Shown here in pieces: positions 1-13,145 of a DNA stretch of 64,000 bases. Below the pieces are notes generated by a model that did not search any database, was not told the origin of the DNA, and saw only the letters and a list, made by a program, of their open reading frames with translations. The stretch is from Perna viridis (taxonomy: Eukaryota). Position 1 is the first letter of the stretch, and every line of letters starts with the position of its first letter. The position numbers and the translations under genes are program-made. Location: positions 30,758,862 to 30,822,861 of the forward strand of contig CM074511.1 of assembly GCA_037379345.1 (NCBI GenBank), in the 5' to 3' direction.

Positions 1-372
1 AAGCAATTTTAAAAAGGTTGGATAAATGGGAAGACACCGAAAGTTATATAGCAAAATTTGAAATAGAATACTTGATATTAAAAAAATGGACTTTCTAATA
101 TATAAGAAAATCCGTTGGAATAAACAATATGAAATAATATACACATCATACGTGACCTTGGGCTGACATTTTTCATCCCGGTGGGATTTATCTATTTGAA
201 ATATTCACCATATCCATTCGCGTTTAACTTATATCATACACATGTACGTGTATGGTACATCAAATACTAAGTATGAACTTATGAAGGATCCAGATTTGTA
301 CAGGGAAGGCAAAATATAATCTTGGACTCCATTTCTTATTAAAAGCTTTGACTATGCAAAAGCTCGGCAAAA

Positions 373-869
373 AGAATAGGCCTGCAGCAGCGCTAAGCTT
401 GTCGTAAAAGGCGACTAAATAGTGCTCAGAACCCTAGCCGGGGACTAGGGCGCTCTGCCCACAGAGCAACTGGGTTATGTGCCCCAGGTGGTGGAATGGG
501 GTACCCCTGGCGTGTTACATGCTGGGGTTGTCAGGCTATAATACGGAAAACCTGACCGCAAACCATAGTGGTGCACCGTGTTGGGAAAGATGCCACGTTC
601 CTCGCACGTTAAAGAATCCTACTGTGGTATTCTCCCGGAGTAGGAACCATAGGGCTCTGCCACAGGAGGCTAAATTGCCCGACCCTACCCACCTCCCACT
701 ATTTCCAGTAGCAATAAAATTTTTTCTACCCCGTTGTCCTTGTGTCCCATCCCATTTTTCATTTCATCATCATTCAATGTTCATTTTATCATCCACTTCA
801 TGTTCATCGCCTAAATATAGCTGAAATATTGCTGCTCGGGCGTTAAACCTCAACAAACAAACAAACAAA
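373..869 (+). mobile_element. SINE-like non-autonomous retroposon, 5'-truncated copy
   Basis: Highly similar to 55621-56126. Contains the GTCGTAAAAGGCGACTAA motif and the 3' end ATATAGCTGAAATATTGCTGCTCGGGCGTTAAAC followed by a (CAAA)n tail. Confidence 0.8.
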
Positions 870-2899
870 TGTAGCAGGTGCAATTACTGCTTAAGATTCG
901 GCAGACTCATACCAGCTTTAGATTGACTATAAGAGGGACGACGAATGCAAAGCTTTGTAGCGCAATGTGGGTCAAATGTAAAGGAATCAATACAATTAGC
1001 AATACATTTTATTTCCCAAGTACAAAATACTTTATTGCATACAGAAGTCATTAAAATGGAGCAATCTCATTTCAAGTGGGGTAGGTATGTGACAGTTGCA
1101 CTAACCTTGTTGGAACAGCTAGGCTATTCGCAATGTTGGACTAGAAATTAGTCCTCAGACAATTATGAAAAGTTGACAAAGTTATCTTATTCAAATCTAT
1201 AAATATTCATTGAAAAGGTGAATAATAAATCATAATACTTCAATGTCTGAAAAAATCTGTTATAAAATATATCAATCTGGATAAAGTTTATTTTCATTTT
1301 CAGTATCTTTAGATTATCTAAATAAATTATCAATGACTTAAATCTCAAAACACAACAAAATTAATTAAACTGAAATAAGTTAATCAAGGGACATAAATCA
1401 AGCAGTTCTGCCACACAAACAAAGCTCGGCAAAATTTAAGATAAGTTCACTTACCTTTCGATACACGAACGTATCTTGCTTGTCCCATGATTAAGCAAAT
1501 GTTATACATAGTGTCTACAAATTCAGCATTGTTCCGTTGTCTAGACGTGCTTCTCACATCGGACAGCTCATATACATGTCAAAATTGTTTACAAACGCAC
1601 ACATTTTATGAATGAACATAGTCACATGGCAACTATAATTTCCCTAACCACACCGTGGCCCAATTCAACGGGTTCATGGTTGTACCTCCGAGGGGAATGG
1701 CGGGGGCATTCCAATACTTCTTTGATGCAGCTGCCATTCTGTAACCCCATCCTATATATATAATAGGTAACTATTCCAGCAGCACGTCCTATCCCCTTAT
1801 ATATAGGAAGGTATTAGATCGATTCCTTTATGGAAGTGATTAGAAATTTGGTTTGCTGCTCTAGTATGTTGCCAACCATCTTTTTGTGACATAAGAATAT
1901 CTATGTACTTGGACATAAAGGACTTTATGATGTAAAACAAACTATATGTAATGATTTTCATATAAAGCTTTAAACTACATGCCAACTATTGTCCTTAGAT
2001 TTGGCTATATAGTTATGGCTAAATAAGGAAGCAGAATTTTAATTGGTCAACCAATCAAAGAAAAGGAACCAGCCTTGCATTTTCTGTCTGGACAGTCTGA
2101 TAAGTCGTCTGCAGACACAAGCGCTATTTTGGTGGAGTAAAACATTTTAGAAGATAAGTACCAAAATGCTGTTCATAATGAATAATTTAATGTTGAAAGT
2201 TTTTTTTTCATTATTCTGTAATGGTCAGCCAATCTTGCTACCTCCTTTCAGGATGTGAAAAAAAACATTAGTTTTGCTCCCAGGGTGGGAGCTGTACTAA
2301 TATTATTTGTTGGTATGTCATGCAGTACCTCAAATTCTTGTAAAAAATAAAACAAAAACAAAAACACATGGTATTTTACTCAGTAACTAATTAAAACAAG
2401 TTCCAACATACATGTTCGTTATACGTGTCGTACAAATCGAGATTTGGGGTGCTACGCCTCTCCCCTTTTTATATTCAAATGGCACTCGGGGGGGAGGGGG
2501 CATAAGCAGGGTCAGCTACAAAGGGCTGCCTGCCTGTTGTATATGACGTGACGCCAGTCCTGGTTATGCTGCAAGTTGGGTCTACTCTTTCGGGGTTGAT
2601 ATTTATGGTATTTGATTTGTAAAAATTACAGGTATTTATAGTTTTTCACTTTAGATTGAAGTGCTTGTGAAATCTAGGGGTCAAACTTTGCAGTCTATTA
2701 ATTCAAATTAATTTATCTAATAAAGCATATTGAAGAACAATTTACATGGATTACAATATTTGCAAAATCCAATACTTATACACATTTTACATATATTGAC
2801 ATATACGACATGTAATTATCATTATTACATAGTATATTTTTACGTGTTCAGTATATATATTACAGCACACCCACTATATGGAAAAATAAATATGTTATT

Positions 2900-3350
2900 A
2901 TATTTATTCTAACCATAAAAAAGGATTTTGAATAGATACTGTCATTTGTCATTGACTTAAAAAAGTCCTTTAATTACTGTGATGTGGTTGGTTTTAGAGA
3001 CGGTTGACTATCTCCATTGAAGATTCGTTAGAATTTTTAATAAGCAGTGTGAAAATGTTCTTCCCTCATTGAGAATGGGGCAATCGGCTAAAAAATGATG
3101 CTCATCTTCCAATTGATCTTTACATGATTTACAAAATCTTACACTGGCTAGTTTTATGGGTTTGCAATACCTACATGTTTCAATGGATAGGATGTGCACA
3201 CTTAGCATAAGTCTTGTAAACTTCGAGCGTAATTATTTATTAACGTTAAATGTTAAGTATTTTTATAGCTCATAATTTGATACAATATTGCTATAAAATC
3301 TGTTTTCCTTATTCATTATTTCTTATACGAGTTAATTGATTCATAAATTT
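2900..3350 (-). mobile_element. 3' relic of a CR1/L2-group LINE ORF2 (C-terminal Cys/His region)
   Basis: Translation LSVHILSIETCRY...RFCKSC...EDEHHFLADCP matches the RLSxHxLxIExGRY...CxxC...EDExHFLxxCP LINE C-terminus. Upstream decayed frame reads NRFYSNIVSNYEL.KYL. Confidence 0.7.
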
Positions 3351-3351
3351 A

Positions 3352-3394
3352 CAACTCGGTGGGTGTTTCTATAAAAGCAGAGGACGCTTACCCT
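3352..3394 (+). mobile_element. Short fragment of Naiad-type Penelope-like element 3' end
   Basis: CAACTCGGTGGGTGTTTCTATAAAAGCAGAGGACGCTTACCCT matches 21601-21643. Confidence 0.65.
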
Positions 3395-3520
3395 AAAGGT
3401 CTCGGTTTATGAATATAAGTGTTGGATCGGTAACAGCTATTGGTTGATAATGTCTTATAACGTTTAACAAGGACAAACGTGTACATTAGTCTAGAACATT
3501 GTTTCCGTATATGTCTGTTT

Positions 3521-6037
3521 CTATAACAGATGCTCCATTTCAAGAAGAAACTTGAAAAATGATATATTCAGTTCCATGGCAGCTGCCATGATGGGTGTTC
3601 TGCCGCTATTGTTACGATCATTTTTCATTGATATACACTTAAGTACTATATCTTTAACTACATCAGAAAGGAATTTGCTATTTTTCGCAAGAAGATGAAA
3701 AATAGAGTCTTCATTATTGTCCAGAAAAGTCAGTTCTTCCCCCTTTTCGAAGAAGTATTTCAATGCATCCTTATTTGTTGAATATACTGCAGCGAGATCC
3801 ATTATTGCTGACCGTCCAAGTTCCGAGTGTCTAATAAAGAACAATTTTTCCGAAGTATATCTTTTACATTCTCAATCCAACCATTTTTCATCACAAGATG
3901 GAGAATGCTATTTCCATAAATATCACATGGACTTATATTCCTACAATATTTAAACAATATATCAAATATTTCCTGCTTATTGAGACGTGCTGCAAGAAGC
4001 AATGGTGTCATGTTGAGGAAATTGCCTCTTTTATTCAAAATTGTAGTATCAAAATCCAAAAGTGTGTTGTATATTGGCAGACGCGTAACTCCGTTTAAGA
4101 TTGCAAAGTGTAGCAATGTACCATCTATTGTATCAATGTTCATACAATCTTTTTGATTGTTTCATACATTCAAGAGAATTGTTTGATATCGTGGACATCA
4201 AAGGCGTCCTACCTTGTTTGTTTCTTTCATTTAACAAAGATTGATCTCTTTCTATTATCTTGGACATTAAAATTTCCGATTCGTCCCTACAAAGGTGCAA
4301 AATGCAGTTTTTCTGATTGTCCTTTTTTTGCAAGGAAAATAATAATTAAACTTGCTTTCGGATTGCAAAAGACAAGACAGAGGTGCTTGTAAATAAGCTT
4401 ATAGATATCTATAGCAAACAGGAAAATTGCACTGAGCTAGAGAAATTATTTCACATACCAACAGGAATAATCATAGCTAAACATCCTTCATTTGATGATC
4501 CGTCTGTAGTTGAATATCTTAGATTTCTGCTTACAGAAAACAAAACTCTGCAAAGTTATCACAACTTTCAAAGATAATTTGTCTTTGCATACCAGTTTGT
4601 TCGAACAACATTATTGCATATGCTTCTAAAATCGACAAACAAAAGATGGAATATTCCAGGTGAATAATGTAAATCGTGTCGATATGGTAGGAGCTGTATC
4701 ATTACTGTTTGCATGTGACGAGGGTAATATTTATTGTTGTTATTGTTGAATTTATGTTGCAGTATAATAACGACTTTTCACTTAAAACCAAAGACGGTAG
4801 AACTATTTTGCACATTCTTTGAGATGAATTTCACACAGACTGTACAGATATTATCAATAAGTTAATTAAGATGGATAAAAACCTGCTATATGGCCAATGC
4901 AACGACCTACAGACCGCTTTAATGACATTTAGAAATAAGCAACGCCCGTGTTTTATTGAATTGGGATCCGATTCCTGATATTAATGTCATAGATAGTTTT
5001 CAGATGACAATTTTCCATTATTTCGCAATTAACGATTGGGATGGTAGAAGAAGTATTAAGAAAAAATCCGAATTACACAAACACATGCAATACAGAAACT
5101 ATCTTGATAAAAAACAGTACTAAATAGATCACCGAAGTCCATTTCTCTCCTGTTGGACTCAGATGTATATATAGAACTAACAAATAAAGAAAATGGAGCG
5201 GAATGAGAGCCTATAGGATAGGTAAAACATATATGGGCAAATTACCATAATGGTTGCTGCCTCAGATGGAAATGGTGCTTGTGGAATATAGTTATTGAAA
5301 CTTGGCGCAAAGCGTAAACGAAAAAGGCCGTGCGAATTCTGCAATAATGTCATTTGTAGCATACTCAAATATCGCATTTCTCTAATCTTCTTCCTCTGTG
5401 TATGAAAGAAGAACACTTTCTAGAATTGTTCGATGATTGAATTCGAAGATTTCGACAGAAAGTGGCTTCTTTTCAATAAAATGCGTTTCTCTTTTTAAAA
5501 TGCTTTTTATTTCAAGTTCTCGTAATGTAACATCTAACGATGTGCATATTGCCCTCTTTATGATCACAGTTTTTTCTACTTTGAAGATTGAAATGTTTTG
5601 AACTGCAAACTGATTTTCACTTATGACACTGTTGCGAGATGGCACAATCAAACAACTGTTCTTTTTAATAACCTTTTCAAGCATTTTTAGATGTTTTTCC
5701 CACTCTTCACACTTGCTCATAAGGAAGTTCGATTTACCGAATGGGTCATCGATAAATATAATGATATTTTTTTTATATTTTTAGCCCTTATCACTTGTTT
5801 AAGGTCATGCGTGTCAGTCACAATCACTGCTATAAATACAGCCTCGCCTGAATATAAGCATACTTGGTGCATTTCGTCTATCAAATGATAAGCAAGCGAA
5901 GTTTTTTCATCCCCTTCTTTCCCAGTTAAGCAAAGAACACTTCGCGAACGAAGTGTTTCCATTGCTTCTATCGTTGTGGCACGTGGTTTCACGTATATTT
6001 TCATTCTGTTATATGCTAATATGCTAGCTGTCAACTC
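3521..6037 (-). pseudogene. Disrupted STAND-class (nSTAND3-like) P-loop NTPase + C-terminal ankyrin-repeat gene
   Basis: Walker A-like VLCLTGKEGDEKT (5717-6034 ORF), Walker B IFIDDPFG near 5735-5760 in another frame, then CLIVPSRN. Several ankyrin repeats (GRTPLM, GTLLHFA, MTPLLLAA, GNSILHL, GRTPIMAA) in ORFs 3521-4333. Many frameshifts and stops. Putative acceptor TTTTAG at ~6038 and donor GTGAGT at 6137. Confidence 0.8.
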
Positions 6038-6204
6038 TAAAAATGGAACTAAAATTTAAAAATGCGATAGACACTAATGTTATATGTTACCCAAAATGAA
6101 GAAGCCTAGCAATATGTCATCTTTTTAGTCTACTCACCCACCAAGAGTTAGTACAAGGCCAATAATTTAACGAGATTTCTTATGAAGTCTATGATTGTCA
6201 ATTA

Positions 6205-6257
6205 TGCTTTTCTAGAAACAGCCGCCGAGTTGCTCATAAAAGTCAAGTCCGGGGTAT
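6205..6257 (-). mobile_element. Naiad 3'-end fragment
   Basis: TGCTTTTCTAGAAACAGCCGCCGAGTTGCTCATAAAAGTCAAGTCCGGGG is nearly identical to 13350-13400 and 16877-16926. Confidence 0.75.
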
Positions 6258-7599
6258 CAATAGAGCTTAGTGACAGCGTATGGCGTGTTCACTGCTTTTT
6301 AAATGATTACTTGACGTATGCCAAACGCTTGCACTATATTTGTCTTACATTCACCTAGCGTGTACATATCTTATACCGTATTGATTCCTCAAGAACCTGC
6401 CATATCTTTTTCTGTAGAACTAAACAAATGTGACAAGAATCCAAACAAATCATAAATATTTTTTTTATGACACAACATTTTAACTTACAGCTCTAAATGT
6501 AAATTGTCAGGTAGTAAGACAAACGTTAAGGGCGTTGGTATACGTTCGAGGAATGTTTGATCATTATCCATCCCACGCATTATCATTGTACAAGAAACTA
6601 CTATACAGCGTTTATGAGCGTGTGTATCTTACCTCCGGTGTTTATCTAACGCATGCCAATCTTATAAATAGCACATTGGAACACGTTGAAAATTTTTAAG
6701 AGTTTTTAAGATAATATTGAAAATAGTTATATAAATCAAAAATACATATCAGGAATTTATATCACAATTAAAATGATTTTAATAAAAAATGACTGTTTTA
6801 AATTAAAAAATCATAGCCTATTTTAGTCATTAAAAGGAAATCTGACATTTCTAATTTTTATATGGGCTAATTCAAAGGCTTTCATATAATCACTAAAAGA
6901 GTGAGGACATTCTTGCTTTTCATATCTAGAGAATTGACGTTGTTAATGCATAAATACATACAACGTATTTCGGCATGTAACGCGTTTAGAACATATACTA
7001 ACGTTAGCATGTACTCACGCAGTCAAAGGATAGTTTGATACTGTTAAAGGTTTCAAATTTCTGTTATCAATTCCTATCTATTTGATGACAAATGTTGAAT
7101 AGAACACAGCTTGATATGGTTAAAAAAATTAAAAAAAACAACTAACACACAAAAAAAAAAAACAAACGTCAAAAAACCTAAAAAAAAAAACAACAAACAA
7201 ATTGAATGCAAAGAATTCAATTAAATTCAACGGTAATTGTTGAGAACAGTTCTTTTCATTACCATCGGTAGGTGGGTGCGAATTTATAGGTAATTACTGA
7301 TAAAAGTACATGGATTTTGACATCAGTCCATGACCTAACAAAGACAGCAGTTCCAATCTCTATTTTACCTAGACGAGCTAAAAAGTTTCTGTAATGCTTG
7401 ATTCGAGCAAGATCAGCAGACGCCATTTTTTTCAGCTGCCAGTGGAAGATGGTCATGCCCATTGATTGGTTTTTAGGTAGAAGACAGGTTTCGTATCAGG
7501 CATATTATCAAGGTAATATCAAAATTGTCCGATTTGGTAATACCTGAAACATATTATTTGAACATATGAATTATTTCAATTGCTGATGTAGGAAATAAG

Positions 7600-7910
7600 A
7601 AAATAAGTGTATTCCAATATTAAAATGATATTTTAATATTACAAATTCATTTTCTAATATTAGTAATTAGATTTCTAATGTCACAAAACACTTTTTTGAT
7701 ATTATAAATAAATTGAATTTGTAATATTAGAAAATGAATTTGTAATATTAGAAAATCATTTTGTAATATTAAAAAAATGTGACTGATTTTACAAAATTTC
7801 TAATATTACAAATTCATTTTCTAATATTGCAAATTCAATTTACAAATTCATTTTCTAATATTACAAATTCAATTTACAAATTAATTTTCTAATATTACAA
7901 ATTCAATTAT
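7600..7910. repeat. ~21 bp tandem minisatellite (TTTTCTAATATTACAAATTCA) in both orientations
   Basis: Units are directly visible, with an inverted block at ~7715-7790. Related array at 20050-20200. Confidence 0.85.
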
Positions 7911-8715
7911 GTACCGTAAAAATCACTTACTCGTGCACCATCATGTATGAAACCAAATAATAATATCAATCGTCAATAAATGAAAAATTGTCCATGTGTT
8001 AACACATTGACCTGTAATGCAAACGACTATTACCCTTTCCTTCATTATAAAAAAAAAATACAAAGCAAAGTTTCACTAGCGACCACTTCAACTGACATAA
8101 CGTAAAGTATACAGCCAAATATGGAAAAATATGGTGGGTTAGGTTATCGTGTTAGGTCATGAAAATGTAACAAAAGTACCGTTATTGTCCTATTAGAATC
8201 GAAGTAAATCACGGAAACTCCATTTTATCATTGTTTTACCACGGGCAGACTATTTATGCTGATATTTTACACCTATCGCTCTGGGGTAAGTAAAATAAAG
8301 GAGCATAAATGGTCAGTCTGTGATAAAAAATTGCTAAAATGGAGTGGTTGTTACTATGGTAACGGTGAAAACATTTTTCATTTTTTATTTCATTAATAGT
8401 TTTTCTTATATATCCAACTGATTTAAAGTCAATTTGGATAAAATACCTGACATCAATAAATCAATCACTTTCAGTGAAAATTGCATGCGTCTTAGGCGGA
8501 TTGCTACTTAAAATTAATTGCTATAAATGTTGTATATTATAATGTTTGATCAACATGTACAACAAAATAAGGTTTATCTCAAAGCAAACAAGTTCGTAAA
8601 ATTTTCGGCTGATCTAAAAATATGTATGTATCTTGGTTTTAAAGCTTTTATTGAATGATATTCATAGCACTGTTAAAGTCATAAACATATACTTGATGTT
8701 TTAAACTTGTCATTG

Positions 8716-11700
8716 ATGGATATACGCACTGAAAGGACACTTAGGTTGTTAGTCATTTTGTTAATGGGTACATTATGTACATCTGAATGTATATGTTCAT
8801 GTAATGAAATCGAACGCATCGACAAACTTGAGACGCTGGTTCAAAATCTAGAAACGGTCTTGGAAAGTTACAAACTGCCGAAGCAAGGCTACAGAAGAAA
8901 GAGGACAGTAAATATCAAAGATAATAATGATTTGACAGTAACCCGAATGATGACAACTCTATATTAGATGTCCCCGGAAATCTCAGTAAGTTTAATTGTT
9001 TTTATCGGAATGTTTGCGTATAACAATAAACCCTGAAAAAAGAACGCATAGCTATACTAAATTTTTCAAAATACATATTATATATTTTCCCAGGTAAATC
9101 GAGAAGTTTATTTGTATCCATGATTCAAACTTTAAATGCTGGTTTATTTGACCATCCGTCACTTCGGTGACTCCGAAAAAGTGAATGTCACGAAATGTCG
9201 CTAGTGTTTATCACGAATTTTTGTAGTTAGTTCACTTAGCTAACTAACTAGTAGAAAAAGACCAAGTTTGAGGATTTGATTTTGAGTGACGTTTAAATGC
9301 TGCCATGAAAAGGTCTTCAACATCTCGAAAATTTGCGTCGATCGTCTCCAGGTTTTGGTGTCCCAACCCAACGTGAAATAGCTTGAACTAAAGATCAGTA
9401 CACAATTTCACGATTTGAAACAGATTCTAATGGCCTTGTGTAATAAAAATTGCCCAAAATCGCCCAAGAAATAACAACTCGTGGATGAGATCATTACATT
9501 TTGGTCTTTTATAAATGGTAAATTCAAATCATTGCTGCAACAACCACTGCATTCGAGATACATAGACTACCAGGAAGGAGCTTGCAAACAGTCTGCAACG
9601 ACTTAAAAGCAACATTGCATTAAACTGAGAAATCCATAATATGGTGCAGTTTTACGCCATTACACAGAATGAAAAGTGTTCATTGGTGCAACATAATGAG
9701 AGACTTGACATTAAATAACTCGCATAGAATCTTTTTTTTTTCAGCGACGGGTCACTTTTTCAGCTTCAAAAAACGTGATAAAGCCTTGAATATTGGCACA
9801 GAAATAGGTGTTTAAACTCCTCATGTGTCGAACAGGTGGGATACTTTGTTGATGGCAGCTTTACGATATTGATAGGTTTCTCACACATGACCGCAAAAAC
9901 AGTACTGACGCATGTTCTGTGAAGTTTTATGGCTTAAGTTTTCGAAAAGAAATTATCCAAACTATGGATGGCGATAGAAAGAAACGACTAGTTTGAGCAC
10001 TAGCATTTTTCGTGTGCTACCTCCATATCGAAGCCAGTACTTTTTATAATTATCTCACTCAAGTTATTTTGTACCTGTTACAAACCACCAAACCTGATCA
10101 GCTTATGTTTGTAATGTAGAACTAAAACCATGATGATCATTACTGGTAGGGAGAGAGGGAATGTTAACATTTTCGACAAAAATGTTTTTTTTTCTTCGCC
10201 TACCGCAGAGACACAAAAATTAATACAGTGGCCCATTCCTATCATCTGGGAAAAGATTCATACATTAACCTCAGTTCCGAAGACTTGACGAATGGAAGGC
10301 AATATAAAAAAAAACTGGAGCACATGGCCTCCAACAGTCGGTGCTATTGAAAGAACACCGTGAAACATTTGTCGACATGCAAAACCGATCCACAAAAACT
10401 TCATTGCTCTGGACACGTGTATTTTCATACACTTAAGTCATTGTTGATAAAACAGGGAAACATTTGTCATATATTCAGTCTGGATTTATTGGATATTACA
10501 ACTACGCTCAATAATTTTGAATGATGTCCCTTATCGGGTATATTGCCGAAAGTTTCCCACAAAACGCAGTACTTACTATTAGCAAATAAGAATTATCCCT
10601 ACACTTATGACACCGTACACTCTCATCAACAACGTAATTTGCGCCCCTCCCCTCATTAAGGCTATGAAAATGTAGAAACTAAGTCAGCTGGTTTCACAGT
10701 AAAGGGTAAAATATGATACAAAGTTATTGGCACAGTGTATGTGGCGTTCCCCAAAGGTAAAAATGAAGCGCATTGTACTACTACATATATGTGATGCATG
10801 GACGTTGGTAATTTTTGTGCTATTGAAATTAATACAGAAAAGAAAATCTTTAAAAAATCATTTTTGAGATCACCCCTGAATTTATTTACCTTGTAGAAGT
10901 ATTTTTCAATGTACGAATGTGAGTAAGATTGTTTTTGAAAACATCAATTAGTTATTGTATTATGAGTTTTTTTTATTGTAACATAAGACCATGTACCCTA
11001 ACAACTTCATTATGTATGAATGATATTGAGAAACAAATATCAGAGGAGATCGTTTCCTCTGTTTTTACTAAAGTGCTGTTTTTACTAAAGTGCTGTTTTT
11101 AACTACGCTGGTTGAGATACCCAACCGTACACATCCCACTTATCAATTTCTGTATGATTTACAGTTACCCTTATAACAACCTGCTTAAGTAAAAAAATAA
11201 AAATAAACAAATCATCTGAAGCAGTGTTATACCTTGACAAAACACAACAAATATGATTTTTATAATGATATTCCTAGACAGCAAGCAAATCAACAAACGA
11301 TGCACGATGTCTCAGTTCTCATTTTTAAAGAAAGACGCAACAACAATATTCCATCGGTGTAAGAGTTAAGGTGCAAAATGTGTCCTCCTGGTCCATTGAA
11401 GATCGCTTAAATTGACCAATTGTAGACGAAAGCCATTACATTATGCTTCATGATGTAACATGTATTTGTTTCGTTATTTGTAATGTTCAAGAATGACTAA
11501 GAAGTTCGAACAACTGAGTTATGAAAATCTTGGCTTTATGACCCTGTGAAACTCATTAAGACTTTTGATCCCTCCAAAAATCGAGAATATTCTTAAGAGG
11601 CAAATTAATTTGTGAAATGAGAGGTAGAAAAGTATGGAAAAATTACGCGAAGTTGATTGGTGGAGATTACTGCAGATAAACTGCGATACTCAAGTCTAAT

Positions 11701-12197
11701 GAAACCATAAACTTAAAACGTGTTTTTTTTATGGGGGTTATAAATCTTATTTGGAATATTATATTTTCTATTACAGATGAACGTTCAGGGGATAGTGTGG
11801 CATTTTATGCAAAAATTTCGGCACACAGTGAAATCGCGACAGGAAAAGGACAAACTATCATTTTTAAAGACGTTGTTACAAACAGTGGTGGACACTATAA
11901 CAAATTCGACGGTATTTTCACTGTTCCATCTACTGGGTATTATGTTTTAGTTGGTCCATTGTTACAGGACATGGATATTGTTCATTTACGCAAATAATGG
12001 TCAATTCTGATGTCAGGGGCAACATACTAACAGACAGTATGAACAATGTTGGCTTCGAAACTGTTTCGGGAATTGTTGTTTTGTACGTAGCTCAAGGGGA
12101 TGTTGTTGTCATCAAAACACATCCTACGAATTACGCCGGTCATATTAATTGTTTCCCAGACCAGCATTCATCATTTCTTGGTTGGAAAATAATGTAA
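8716..12197 (+). pseudogene. Two-exon secreted C1q-domain-containing gene (signal peptide + coiled coil + gC1q), frameshifted as assembled
   Basis: Exon 1 (8716-8985): hydrophobic LRLLVILLMGTLC, then coiled coil ERIDKLETLVQNLE, donor GTAAG at 8986. Exon 2 from 11777 after TTACAG (phase 1 at both ends): VAFYA...IIFKDVVTNSGGHYNKFDGIFTVPSTGYY...SGIVVLYVAQGDVV...SSFLGWKI. One T missing at ~11945, plus a shift late in exon 1. AATAAA at 12203. Confidence 0.85.
9950..10760 (+). mobile_element. Decayed PIF/Harbinger-type DDE transposase in the C1q intron
   Basis: Pieces read IQWP, TVGAIE(R)T (cf. VGAIDGT), QKLHCSGHVYFH (cf. FYSGHxxxH), VIVDKTG..SYIQSGFIG, and LLLANKNYP..LMTPY (cf. LLADxGYP..LxTPY). 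Confidence 0.65.
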
Positions 12198-13145
12198 TCA
12201 TAAATAAACGAATGACCATCAGTATTTTCAAACTCAATATTAGATTTAAACGAAATCTATTTCATCGTGTGAACATGTATACATAACAGTTTTTTATGTG
12301 TTTAATATCTTTAAATTGTCCTTTTTCATATTCCCGACTTTGTCTTTGTTTTTTTTTGAGATTTTAAGCACAGGGGAGTAACTTTCTACAAATTTGTCAT
12401 CTGTCAGACTGTTTACCTTCAAAATGAAACAATGGAGAGCAGTATACTTCAAATTCAAATATTCCATTTATTAGAGCCGCGATCTTTTTTTCCTTATCTA
12501 AAAGTCTTATGTGTAATCTTTTTCTTTGGTTCGCTACATTGAGTATGTAATATAATGTATGTTTCGTGTGTTCATGTTTAAGCCACATTTTTGGATTTTG
12601 ACGTATTTGAATCACCAACTGCTGACGCGTCGGTCTTAATTTTTGCAAATATCTTGTTGAAAAAAAAGGATGGTGGTTGTTGAATAATGCACCTTTTCAT
12701 AGCCCGAAAAAAAAAAAACAAAACAAATCACACCAGTCAATCGTTTCATTGATAGCAGTCTGTATTGCTCAATTCGGCAAAATTTATATTGCGGCAAGTG
12801 TGATCCATAAATAAGGTTATGGGGCATGACAAAGCTGTAGTGATGTTAAATCGCTTTCTGAATTTTGCACCAATTACACAAAATGCACCTTGTGACATCG
12901 ACATTTTGGGTATGACAGTTCACAATAAGAATTTTGTTGACAAAATGCTATCTTCGGTGCATTTTTTAGTTGTTCGGTTAGAAATGTGTTACAATGGACC
13001 ACACTGATAACACTATTTAGTTCTTTGAGGCCTGTCTGTTGATTGAGTTTGCATCTAGTCAGTATTAAGGTATTACGCTTATAACGCTACAGGCTACATT
13101 AGATTACAACGATAATGCAGTACCTCTTTCAAATGCAAAAATAAA

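Noticed and set aside
477-824. 115 aa ORF, with a similar 107 aa ORF at 55739-56062
   Set aside because: Both lie in copies of the same GC-richer SINE-like repeat. Similarity reflects repeat identity and no protein motif is present.
1450-1560. Possible minus-strand exon ending in AAG|GTAAG
   Set aside because: No recognisable product or partner exons, so it cannot be supported.
7600-7910. Regular repeats suggestive of a CRISPR array (also 26620-26955)
   Set aside because: Head-to-tail minisatellites without unique spacers, in a eukaryotic context with no cas genes.
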